From Octopus sinensis (lineage: Eukaryota), in contig NC_043001.1 of the NCBI RefSeq assembly GCF_006345805.1, forward strand, positions 108,996,001 through 109,060,000: a DNA stretch of 64,000 nt, given 5' to 3'. Shown piece by piece: positions 1 to 12,421 of this stretch (position 1 is its first letter; each line of letters starts with the position of its first letter). A program made the translations under genes and the position numbers. The notes below the pieces were generated by a model. The model did not search any database. It was not told the DNA's origin and saw only the letters and a program-made list of their open reading frames with translations.

Positions 1-160
1 ACCGCCTTTAGTCGAACTAATCGACCCAGGACTTATTCTTTTTAAGCCTAGTACTTATTCTATCTGTCTCTTTACCGAACCGCTAAGTTACGGGGACATA
101 AACACACCAGCATTTGTTGTCAAACGATGGTGGGTTGAACAACACAGACACACACACACA
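1..160 (-). mobile_element. tRNA-derived SINE family A (octopus OK-like), 3' part, cut by window edge
   Basis: ACCGCCTTTAGTCGAAC...GAACCGCTAAGTTACGGGGAC...GTTGTCAA matches copies at 20228-20590, 29443-29812 and (reverse) 43970-44358. Family name from recall. Confidence 0.8.
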
Positions 161-1275
161 CACGCATTTAACTGAAAAGCAGGATACGAAGAAATCCATA
201 AACATTAAATAATTTACCTATGAAAAACTCCTATACACAGCCATACAGGACTATTCACATCCACGCGCGCAGGGACGGGCACGGACAGGTACGCATTGCA
301 TAAACACCCCCCCCCACACACATATGGGAACACAAGATCACACAACCACGTAAACTCTCACACCACGCATACTCATATGCACACACACACTCACACGTAC
401 ACAGAAACACACTCACATGTACACAGGAACACATACAAACATACAAGAACGCACATATACAAGAACGCATAAACGCATAAACGCATAAACGCAAGCATAC
501 ACAGAGATACACATACACACATACGCAAGCATACACAGAGATACACATACACACATACGCTGGAATACTCTTACGTAAGCAAACACTCGAACATTCACAC
601 ACACACACACATAAAAACATACGCACTCACAAAACTGACTCAAACACACGAAACACACTCTAGACTACACAGTTGTGCGCGCACACACATACTCACACAC
701 ACGGACATGTGCACGTGCAGATACCTACCTAAAGATCTACACTCTACACCCATAAATTTTTACAGGGTGACAAGCGAATCCCAGTAGATCTGAGACCGAA
801 CTTGCTTTGAATAAAAGGCTAAACCCTTAAGGAGATGTCGGTTGGTTTATCAACACACATGCACGCACACACACACAACACCAACACACAAACGCACGCT
901 TACACACACTCACACATACAAGCAGTCAAGCAGGTGTACACACACAACTACACACACGAGTGGATGACCACCCCCTCTATCTACACAGACTTTTCGTTTA
1001 CTTTCAGCTTTACATCCTCTTTTAAGCAAACACGCAAGGGAGTATGCAAGAACACAGGCATAAGGCCAATTATCAGACAAATTTACAGCAAACCCAGGAG
1101 AGAGAGGAAAAGTATCTAAGTCACTAAAATGGTTGGAAATGATGACGTAAAAACAACTGATTGATTGTTTATCCAGCATAATAAACAAACAATCGATTAG
1201 TTAGCTGACCAGTTGATTAACAATAACGAAGTGGCATTGAACTAGTGTGAGTATTATTATCATTATTGGCGTAAT

Positions 1276-1296
1276 GACCCACCCCAAGACACAACA

Positions 1297-1369
<73 letters not shown>

Positions 1370-1392
1370 CGTGTTGTGTCTTGGGGTGGGTC
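1276..1392. repeat. Perfect 25-bp inverted repeat flanking an (AT)n tract
   Basis: GACCCACCCCAAGACACAACACGAT (1276-1300) is the exact reverse complement of 1368-1392. The spacer is (AT)n. Confidence 0.95.
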
Positions 1393-1599
1393 GTTTTCTT
1401 CGTCTGCCGCAAAGGCATTTATTTCCAAATACGCCAGCTAAGATAAGTTAAACTGTCTAAAGTCGTAAGACACCCGCTGTTTTTCTCCTGTTATTACTAT
1501 TCTTGTTTTTTATTTTTATTTTTGTTTTTTGTATTTATATTCGTGTGATATCGTCCGTTTTTCTGTCTTTGTTTCGTATACATTCGATCCTTTTTCCAA

Positions 1600-1786
1600 G
1601 AAATCTAATGCTCGTAGCATAGTTTTTCCTTGGGGCTGGCCGGATCGGAGCGATCTCAGGATTAATCAGCCGAAATTGCGAAGATGATCCGGTTCCTGAC
1701 TGAAGATTAGAGGCTTCGAATGACCCGTCCTTTTTTTGTGTGTTTTGCGTTCTTGTCCCATTTTGTATTTTTTATATATAATTTTT

Positions 1787-1790
<4 letters not shown>
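1600..1790 (+). repeat. Unclassified interspersed repeat, 3 copies in the window
   Basis: TTTTTCCTTGGGGCTGGCC...TCAGCCGAAATTGCG...GACTGAAGA...CTTCGAATGACCCGTCC recurs at about 45655-45885 (+) and 49960-50115 (-). The first two copies end at (TA)n. Confidence 0.8.
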
Positions 1791-1882
<92 letters not shown>

Positions 1883-1885
1883 ATA

Positions 1886-1936
<51 letters not shown>

Positions 1937-3248
1937 TAATTACTGGTGAAGGTTGGTTTATAGCGTTACCCTGGAATTTCTCGCCATAAAGAGTACCTTT
2001 CTGACGTATTTTCAGACGCTAAGACCTGTTGGCATATGGCTTCTTTAAAATATGGAGTGCGAAACGATACATATGTAAACAATGGGGATTATCTCCCTTT
2101 GGTGCTGGTCATCGGCTTCCGTCTGTGTCGTCCTCCTTCACTCACGCTACCTGTCGGCTAGGCGGGTAAAAGGTAGGGTACTCTCATCAGCAATCAATTT
2201 CCAGCTGTGGTGTAATTATCGCTAATACTCCTATTATCGTTATTATGCGGGTCCAAAAACGCTAATAGGAATCTCCTGAAATGCAAGCAGGGACCGAAAA
2301 TCTCCGTTCTGGAGTTCGGTATGGTCCCTGGTACGTGCGAGTTTTTCAGGATTTTCATGCGTTCGGTTATGCATAGCTTGCAGCGTTTCGTTACATTTTT
2401 GTACGGACCCGGACGGTGGAGGATTTTCCATGATACCGACTATGGAATCCATCTTCATTCAGTTGCCAGATATGGCTGGCTAGCGATGTTACATATCTCA
2501 TTTCCGGGACTCTGAAGGAGGATCTATTGCTGGAAAGAAATTCCCGTGCATCCAATGTATTTCCTTGGACGTGTGGAGTCGGTGTCATACCGACTTTCGC
2601 TGCTGTATTTGCTGCTACCGCTGCTGCTGTCGATGCTGCTGTTGTGGTTGTAGTTACCGATATTGTTGCTGCCGTCGGTGCAGCTATTGATGTTGCTGCT
2701 GGAGCTACCAATGGTGTTGATTCTAGTGGTGCTGGAGTGGCGCTGTTGGTGGTGGTGCTACTGGAGATTGCGGTTGCTTTCTGTCGTCTTACTGCCCCCG
2801 CGTATGTTGCCGGTTGTGTCTGTGTTGGTATTATTAAGCCTGTCGATGTTGGTGTTGCTACCGTTGTTGTTGTTGCTGCTGCTGCTGTTACCGCTGTCGA
2901 TGTTGTTGCTACCGCTATCGTTGTCGTTGCTGGTGCTGCCGACGATGATACTATTGGGGCTGACCAATTTGCTGATGTTGTTGCTGGTGCTGTCATCGAC
3001 GATGATGTTGCTGAGGTCATAAATGTAACGAAATGCTGCTATGACTGAAGGAGGACGACACAGCCGGAAGCCGATGGCCAGCACCAAAGAAGGATAATAC
3101 TCATTGCTTATATCTATATCGCTTCCCTTTCCATATTTTAAAGAGGCCATATGCCAACAGGCCTTAGGGTCTGAAGATACGCCATAAAGGTACCCTTAAT
3201 GGCGAGACATCCAGGGTAACCATATAAACCAGCCTTCATCAGTAATTA
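1937..3248. mobile_element. 1.3-kb element bounded by about 208-bp inverted repeats; probable non-autonomous PLE-type fold-back
   Basis: 1937-2144 is the reverse complement of 3042-3248 (roughly 85% identity by eye). The left end abuts (TA)n. The arms contain CTGAAGA/CTGATGA heptamers. The interior has GCT/GTT triplet low complexity. Confidence 0.6.
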
Positions 3249-4484
3249 ATATAGATTGCTCTAATTCCTAGAGTGTGCATCTCCGGATTTATATTTTTTC
3301 TCAAAAAACTATCTCATATATATGTGGAGGTGGGGGTCTCAGAGGCGACTCCAGGTCATCAGGGTCACTCGGGCTCGTCACAGATTTGGCATAAGATATA
3401 TGCCTGCTCGAAGAGTTTCATGTTTTTTCCACTTTCTTTCTAGCCTCAAATTGCTTATTTGTTATACCTAGCACTATGTCTGTCTCCATTTCTAAGTTAA
3501 GGGTTAAAATAAGGCAGCCCTGCAAAACACAGCTGATCTATGCACACAGATGCACAGAATCTTCTCTACTCATGGCAGGAGGCCCGAAATTTTGGGGTCA
3601 TATTTAAATTTATTTTTATATTTATCTATTTGCTTCCTAATTATAATATATTGTATATGGTATATTCACAAATATTCAAAATCTACCAATCAAATAAAAT
3701 CTCAATACGTAGCTTTTAACTTTTAACCTGCCAATATTATACATTTCCCTCAAAAGTTGCGTTACATCTTTTTGAACCATGACGAAGTCCTACCACGTAT
3801 ACCGTGAATATGGCAACTTCCTTAGCATTAAGCGATATGCTTGTAGATTCCCATCAGCTCGGTGGTACAACTGAAACATAAATGTAGGTTCTCTTTTCTA
3901 TTTTCATTTTAATTTATTTTTCTTTCATCTTTCAATTTCCAATCAATTTATTTATTTATGTTTTTCAAAAAAAAAACGCTATGTTTTTATAACATGCAAA
4001 TAAATCAGTAATTACATCCATTTATTCTCCATTTTCTTCTTATTTTCCCTAAACGTGTGAGTGTGTGTGTGTAGATGGATAGATAGATGTACATACATGC
4101 ATATATACATATACACAGTCATATATATATATATTTTACAGTTGTCTTTTTACTTGTGTTGGTCACTGCCTACTGCCATTTCGATTCCTGTGATTGCTTT
4201 GATGTACAGCAAACACATACCAAAATAAAGAAATTCTAGAGAATGGACTTGGGGATAAACTTTAAAATTTCTTCAAACTCAAGTTGCTCCTTTTCCCGGA
4301 AAGTGGGAAGGTATGTAAAATGTCTTGCTTATCTCTTTCCCTGAATGGGCTTTTGACTAAAAATCCTAAATGTCAGATATGTAACAAACATTTTGTTTCG
4401 GTACGGCTGTGTACGATTGAACAAATCTATTTATTCATCAGCCAATACTTCGTGTTATGACAATTGCAACCAACACGTTTATAC

Positions 4485-6726
4485 AATTTTCCTGAAAAAT
4501 TTTTGTAAATTTTCGAAAAATTTTCGGAAATTTTCCCCAAAAATTAAAAAAATTTTTCTCAAAAATTTTCGAAAATTTACCCGAAAAATTTTTTGAAAAA
4601 TTTCCCCAAAATTTTGCTCAAAAATTTTTGAAATTTTTCCCCAAAAATTTTAAAATGTTTTCCCAAAGATTTTTGAAAATTTACTCCCAAAATTTTGAAA
4701 ATATTCCTCAACAATTTTTGGGGAAAATTTTCATCAAAAATATTTGAAAAATTTTTTAAAAATTTTCATTGAAAATTTTACCAAAAATTTTTCAAAACTT
4801 TTCACCGAAAATTTTCCCCAAAAATTTTTTCGAAGATTTTACCCGAAAATTTTTCGAAAATTGGCACCGCTGGCTTTCCATACTTTGTGATTTTGGAACC
4901 ACTGGCCTTCCATACTTTGTGATTTTGGCACTGCTGGCCTTCAATAATTAGCGAGTTTTGCAATGCTGGCCTTCCATACTTTTTCGAAAATTTTTGCCGA
5001 AAATTTTCTCCAAAAATTTTTCGAAAATTTTCACCGAAAACTTTCCATAAAAATTTTTCAAAAATTTTAACTGAAAATTTCACCCAAAAGTTTTTCGAAA
5101 ATTTTCACGGAAACTTTTGGAAAATTTTCAGTTAAAATTTTAAAAAAATTTTTGCCGAAAATTTTCCCCAAGAATTTTTTCGAAAATTTTACCCGAAAAT
5201 TTTTCGAACATTGGCACCGCTGGCTTTCCATACTTTGTGATTTTGGCACCACTGGCCTTCCATACTTTGTGATTTTGGCACTGCTGGCCTTCCATAATTT
5301 GTGATATTTGCAATGCTAGCCTTCCATACTTTTTCGAAAATTTTACCCGAAAATTGTCCCCAAAAGTTTTTCAAACATTTTAACTGAATATTTTACCCAA
5401 AATTTTTTCCAAAATTTTCACGGAAAATTTTCCACAAAACTTTTTTTAAAGTTTTCAAAAATTTTCACCGAAAATTTACTCCAAAAATTTTTCAAAAGTT
5501 TTAACTGAAAATTTTACCCAAAATTTTTTCGAAAATTTTCACGGATAATTTTCCACAAAAATTTTTCAAAAATTATTTGAAAATTTTCACCGAGAACTTT
5601 ACATAAAAATTTTTGGAAAATTTTCACCGAAAATCTTCCCCAAAAATTTTTCGAAAATTTTCACGGAAATTTTTGAAAACTTTTCAGTTAAAATCTTTTA
5701 AAAATTTTTGCGGAAAATTTTCCCAAAAAATTTTTCAAAACTTTTAACTGAAAATTTTACCCAAGATTTTTTCGAAAATTTTGACGGATAATTTTCCACA
5801 AAACTTTTTCGAAAATTTTTCGAAAATTTTCACCGAAAACTTTCCATAAAAATTTTTCGAAAATTTTCACCGAAAATTTTCCCCAGAAATTTTTCGAAAA
5901 TTTTCCCCAAAAATTTTTCAAAAATTTTAACTAAAAATTTTACCCAAAACTTTCACGGATAATTTTCCACAAAAATATTTCAAAAATTTTTTGAAAATTT
6001 TCACCGAAAACTTTTCATAAAAATTTTTCGAAAATTTTCACCGAAAACCTTCCCCAAAAATTTTTGTAAAATATTAACGGAAATTTTTGAAAAATTTTCA
6101 GCTAAAATTTTTTAAAATGTTTTGCCGAAAATTTTCCCGAAAAATTTTTCCAAAATTTTAACTGAAAATTTTACCCAAAATTTTTTTGAAAATTTTTACG
6201 GAAAATATTCCACAAAAATTTTTCAAATATTTTTCGAAAATTTTCACAGAAAACTTTCCATAAAAATTTTTCCCAGAAATTTTTCGAAAATTTTCCCCAA
6301 AAATTTTTCAAAAATTGGCACTGCTGGCTTTCCATACTTTGTGATTTTGGCACCGCTGGCCTTCCATACTTTGTGATTTTGGAACCGCTGGCCTTCCATA
6401 CGTTTTTGAAAATTCTTGCCGAAAATTTTCCCAAAATTTTCAGTTAAAATTTAAAAAAATTTTTGCCGAAAATTTTCCCCAAAGATTTTTCAAAAATTTT
6501 AACCGAAAATTTTACCCAAAATTTTTCGAAAATTTTCATTGAAAATTTTCCGCAGAAATTTTTCGATAATTTTCCCCAAAAATTTTTCCAAAATTTTCAC
6601 CGAAAATTTTTCCCAAAAATTTTTCGAAAATTTTCACGGAAATTTTAAAAAAATTTTTGGGGAAAATTTTCAGTTAAAATTTAAAAAAAATTTTTGCCGA
6701 AAATTTTCCCCCAAAATTTTAACTGA
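4485..6726. repeat. Compound satellite: AAAATTTT dyads every ~10-13 nt with embedded 32-bp repeat blocks
   Basis: GAAAATTTTC-type units with short spacers (CACC, CCCC, CG, AACT). Blocks of the 32-mer GGCACCGCTGGCCTTCCATACTTTGTGATTTT at about 4863-4985, 5213-5335 and 6318-6405. Confidence 0.95.
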
Positions 6727-6731
6727 ATCCA

Positions 6732-6979
<248 letters not shown>

Positions 6980-8020
6980 GTATTATGTATGTGTGTGTGT
7001 GTGAGTGTGTGTGTGTGTGTGGGGGGCGATTCATTCGACTAAAAAGATTTTTCAAGATGGTGACCCTGTATGGCCGCAGTCTAATGACTGAAACAACTAA
7101 AAGATAAAAGATATATATTTTTTTACGTTTATAGAAGGGTTCGAGGTGGTCTCTGTCCGGTGGCTAAAACTATAAGCCGAATAATTATAAAATTATTTCT
7201 GCGCTTGTAGTAGAAAATGAATCGTATACAAGAAGGTTTCCATAAAATTTACCCAGTAAATAGAACACACCTCATAGTATGTATCACCAATAGGTTTTCT
7301 TTGACAGTATAGCGAAGCTTATTGAGGCATTCGCAAAGCAGACATTCGTTACTTCTCCTTTTGTTTATTTCTGAATAACTTCCTCAAATCCCGAGACACT
7401 CCGTGTTGAGACACTGCTACTAAACTTTTCCTTTTCTTTGCTATTTTCCTACTGGATTCACCCCATGTCTCAATCCTCCATTTGTCTTATACCACATGCA
7501 ACGTAAATACAGCCTGTAAGACGGTTAACAGCATAAAATTCAGCGTTGTATTATTTTTGTTTATAGATGCTTCTTGCGTTAAATTGTTTATTAACTCTGT
7601 GTGTGAGTGTAATTATTTGTTTCATTATTATCTAAAAAAAATTCTCTTTAATTTTTTAATAAAATTTTGTTTCTGTGTATTCAAAAATTATAATTTTGTT
7701 GTTGAAGAGAAAGCTATCCATTGATATTAGCATCTCATTCTGTCTCACCAGCATGAAGCATATTGAATTAAATGCAGACACGAGGAAAAAAATATAGCAA
7801 AACAAAATAATATCTATAAGAATATATTTTGCTTACCCCAGGCATCGGATTACATGTGTACACAATTCCTAGTCCTCTGGTTGTAAAATAAGTTGGGAAA
7901 AATTACAAACATTAACAAAAAAAGAATTTAATAACACGGTAATAATTGAACTGTCTTGTATGAAAACATGTGCGTTCATCTCAAACCACTGGAGTAATAA
8001 TAATAATAATGATAATAATG

Positions 8021-8075
<55 letters not shown>

Positions 8076-8088
8076 TAATAATAATAAT

Positions 8089-8303
8089 CCTCTCTGCTAT
8101 AGAAACAAGGTATGAAATTTTTGGAGAGGGGGTCAGTTGATTAGTTCGACTGCAGTACGCAACTCATACTTGATTTATCGACCCCCGAAAGGATGAAAGG
8201 TAAAGTCGACTTCGGTGGAATTTGAACTCAGAACGTAACGACGTGTGAAATACCGCTAAGAATTTCGTCCAGCGTGCTAATGATTCTGCCAGCTAACCGC
8301 CTT
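8089..8303 (-). mobile_element. SINE family B, copy 1 of an identical triplet
   Basis: The reverse complement starts AAGGCGGTTAGCTGGCAGAATC and has the B-box-like GAGTTCAAATTCC. It has an (ATT)n tail. Appears identical to 8414-8628 and 9030-9244 and homologous to 31134-31370. Confidence 0.9.
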
Positions 8304-8368
8304 AATGATGATGATGATGATGATGATGATGATAATAATGATAATAATAATAATAATAATAATAATAA

Positions 8369-8400
<32 letters not shown>

Positions 8401-8413
8401 TAATAATAATAAT

Positions 8414-8628
8414 CCTCTCTGCTATAGAAACAAGGTATGAAATTTTTGGAGAGGGGGTCAGTTGATTAGTTCGACTGCAGTACGCAACTCATACTTGATT
8501 TATCGACCCCCGAAAGGATGAAAGGTAAAGTCGACTTCGGTGGAATTTGAACTCAGAACGTAACGACGTGTGAAATACCGCTAAGAATTTCGTCCAGCGT
8601 GCTAATGATTCTGCCAGCTAACCGCCTT
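8414..8628 (-). mobile_element. SINE family B, copy 2
   Basis: Appears identical to 8089-8303. Confidence 0.9.
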
Positions 8629-8656
8629 AATGATGATGATGATGATGATGATGATG

Positions 8657-8703
<47 letters not shown>

Positions 8704-8918
8704 TACGCAAAATACTCTCTATGTAATCCCAAGATTTAAAACAAACTTTTTTTTTAATCTATGTATTAGACATTCACTAGTACAACACCAAAAAAAACCC
8801 CAAATATATGGCACACTAGGCCTAACAACAACGTGAACTTCCAACCTGTTGTCTCTTGAGGTCTCTGGGTGAGACTTGGAGCCAACTTGTACAGACATAA
8901 AGCAAAAGTCAAAGATAG
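8704..8918 (+). mobile_element. R4/Dong element 3' end only (last codons plus 3' UTR)
   Basis: Matches the 3' end of the long element (15710-15957) and ends ...GATAG|AATAAT. Confidence 0.9.
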
Positions 8919-9029
8919 AATAATAATAATAATATAATAATAATAATAATAAAATAATAATAATAATAATAAAATAATAATAATAATAGTAATAATAATA
9001 ATAATAATAATAACAATAATAATAATAAT

Positions 9030-9244
9030 CCTCTCTGCTATAGAAACAAGGTATGAAATTTTTGGAGAGGGGGTCAGTTGATTAGTTCGACTGCAGTACG
9101 CAACTCATACTTGATTTATCGACCCCCGAAAGGATGAAAGGTAAAGTCGACTTCGGTGGAATTTGAACTCAGAACGTAACGACGTGTGAAATACCGCTAA
9201 GAATTTCGTCCAGCGTGCTAATGATTCTGCCAGCTAACCGCCTT
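9030..9244 (-). mobile_element. SINE family B, copy 3
   Basis: Appears identical to 8414-8628. Confidence 0.9.
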
Positions 9245-9245
9245 A

Positions 9246-9277
<32 letters not shown>

Positions 9278-9298
9278 AATAATAATAATAATAATAAT

Positions 9299-9512
9299 TA
9301 CGCAAAATACTCTCTATGTAATCCCAAGATTTAAAACAAACTTTTTTTTTAATCTATGTATTAGACATTCACTAGTACAACACCAAAAAAACCCCCAAAT
9401 ATATGGCACACTAGGCCTAACAACAACGTGAACTTCCAACCTGTTGTCTCTTGAGGTCTCTGGGTGAGACTTGGAGCCAACTTGTACAGACATAAAGCAA
9501 AAGTCAAAGATA

Positions 9513-9513
<1 letters not shown>
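9299..9513 (+). mobile_element. R4/Dong 3' end, duplicate of 8704-8918
   Basis: Same sequence apart from poly-A/C tract length, followed by (AAT)n. Confidence 0.9.
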
Positions 9514-9585
<72 letters not shown>

Positions 9586-9696
9586 TAATAATAATAATAA
9601 TAATTTCACTTATTTGCCACAATGGCGAAGAGTGAGAAGAACAATACAAAGACAGACATAAAGCGTTGGGATGTACATGCAAGGAAACGATAAAAA

Positions 9697-9890
9697 TGTC
9701 CTTTCTACTATAGGCACAAGGCCTGAAATTTGTGGGGAGGGGACTAATCGATTATATCGACACCAGTTCTCCACTGGTACTTATTTTATCGATCCTGAAA
9801 GTCGAGCTCGGCTGAATTTGAACTCAGACAGACGAAATGCTGCTAAGCATTTTTCCCGGTGTGCTAACGGTTCTGCCAACTCGCCGCCTT
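9697..9890 (-). mobile_element. SINE family B, independent diverged copy
   Basis: CTTTCTACTATAGGCACAAGGCCTGAAATT...GAATTTGAACTCAGA...CTGCCAACTCGCCGCCTT. Confidence 0.85.
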
Positions 9891-12350
9891 ACAATGATAA
9901 TAATAATAATAGTTATAATAATGATAATAACAATAATAAAATAGCAAAAAAACAAGGGAAGGCTATTATTGAAAATTTAGATTAAAACTTAAAAGAATTA
10001 CGTGTCAAATGTAAAGTAATAGGTATCGGTACTCAATCTATTCCGGTTATGCCTTGTAATTATAACATTCGTAACTGGAAGCAAAATGAATTATCAGGTC
10101 TTAATGGGACAATTAATATAATAATGACGGCACATGAACAGACACACAGAGATTGTATTTACCAGGAACACAGGAAATTAGCTGTCTTCTACAATTAGAA
10201 AACTATTATAAATTACCTGCAGAACACCAACAAAAATAAAGGTAAACACACACATATATACATATATACAAATATATATATATATATAAAACACATATAT
10301 AAAGGTGTGTGTGTGAGTATAAATGCATGTACATGTATGTATATATGTGTATTTGCAAGAACGCATACAAACACGTCCTCGTCTTCAAGGATGCCAAGAA
10401 ATAGGACACGACGATTGAATTAACTGAGTGGCATGATGAAGATTAAAAAAACAACAGTGGAAACAATTAGAAAACTTTATCAAAAACTGTGTTAAAAATA
10501 GGTTCACGAAATGTCATGTTATGGCGCTGGAAAGAAATGCTCGTGCATAGCGAATACACGAAGGAACGGAAGTGAACAAGTAATAAAAAAACAGTAAAGC
10601 TAAATTCAAAAAAAAAGCTGTGTTCAAAGTCTTTTGTTCACAGCAAAAGATCAAAGCCTTCTTTCCTGACATCGTACAAAGACTCAAATAAAAGAGACTA
10701 TTAACGGCTTCAGTAGAATACGTGGGTGGAGTAAATGGAAAAAACGTCAATGATATTTTATCAAGTCGACACCGACTCCTCTCGCACATCTATCGTTTTT
10801 TATAGCCTCCACACTTACGTTCAATCGATCTTGCTTTACAAAGGTGACAACAAGCTACTAATTCGTATCATTACCAATACCCTTGACTGTCATATTTATG
10901 TTATGTTTCCCCTCTATGCTGAAGTATAAGTCGGTGACCTAGTGTTTCATATATTTTTTCTAACTTATATTCTGCCTCAGCCATTGTTTCGAACAAAAAG
11001 AACGTTCTCTCGTTAATGTTCACCCACCTAATAGATGAAATATCCCCCTCCCACTAATTGTCCTATGGCTTTCCTCACTTGCAACTCATCATAAAGTAAA
11101 TACCACCATGACCGTTATCCAAACTACAGTGGAAACGGCTGGCCACTGGATTTGGTTAAAAAGAGACGGTGAGCGATGGCATGAAGAATATTGAGCTATA
11201 TTTAATAAACAATTGATCTAGTAAGCGGAGCCTCAAATCAGTGAGGAGGGGGGGGGGCAGTGCACATTGATGGCGTCGAGTAGTAGGCCCCGAAACGGCG
11301 CGCATTATCTCCTGATGACCCCGTACACTTGTTGGCTGCCTGTATGCGGAGTTCTCGACTGGTACCACCTGCATGTGCAAGTTGTTTGCAAAACATAGAT
11401 GAAATATCCCCCCAATCACATGTCCTATGGCTTTTCTCACTTGCAAATTTAAGGGTCCATTCAATTGTACCCAGTGAGTCAGAAATAAGTTAGTGTTTCC
11501 CTTGTTCGCCCTCAAAGGAGAAGATGATATTGACGTTGGGTTTACTTTTTGGACTTGATGTCTATCTATATTTTTAAACTCCTTCATGGAAGTAATATAG
11601 TGTTTTTCTCTCATAATCTCACTGGACAAACGTACTGCATATGAGAGTTGGCTGCACTTGTTTTCTTGTTCATATTTCCAAGAGATGTCGCGCTAACAAA
11701 ACCGTTAGCTCGCCAGACAAAATAGTTAGCAGCATTAAAATGCGCCGAGGTTAACTTTACCTTTCACCATTTCGGGGTCAGTAAATATAAATACAGTTGA
11801 CTGTATTTATATAAATACAGTGAATGCAATAGACTAAAAAACCCCTCCAAATGTGACGCCTTGTACCTAGAGTTAAAAAGAATTATTGCCAAGAATGGAA
11901 CTAAATTCATCGGACCTTGTAATCCTCATTATTTTTCTTTAATAAGTCTGCGTATTACTGCGAAGTATTTATGTTCATGTTCTTTTTTCTTTTTTCAACG
12001 TTTGCAAAAATATTCCAATATTTCATAAAAACGATATTTCTTCCTTGTTGTTGTGCCACTACGTTGTTAAAAATAAGAGAGAAGGAGAGAAGCAAGTAAA
12101 AAGGAATTTTCAGATTCTGGATGAAGACCAACAATTTTGAGGGGAACATGCTGGTCGATACCATTGATCCAAATACTTGGCTGTTACTTATGTTTTTTTT
12201 TATCGATGCCGGGATGGGAGTTGGTGTGTAAAGATGATCTCAACGGATTTGAAATCTGAGTGTTAAAAATTGATACAAATACTGTAAGATTCTATTTCCG
12301 GCACACACTTCGACCTAATAATAATCAGAATAATAATAATGATAATAATA

Positions 12351-12417
<67 letters not shown>

Positions 12418-12421
<4 letters not shown>

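Noticed and set aside
2391-3048. Thr/Ala-rich mucin-like or Val/Ala-rich membrane-like ORFs
   Set aside because: Overlapping ORFs on both strands from GCT/GTT repeats inside an inverted-repeat element; no recognisable domain.
3330-3380. CTGATGA on the minus strand as a hammerhead
   Set aside because: No stem II pairing and no GAAA.
3760-3885. Possible minus-strand host exon (TTTCAG acceptor)
   Set aside because: Short, unrecognised peptide and no partner exons.
4861-6405. 32-bp repeats as a CRISPR array
   Set aside because: The units are tandem without unique spacers, no cas genes are present, and the context is eukaryotic.
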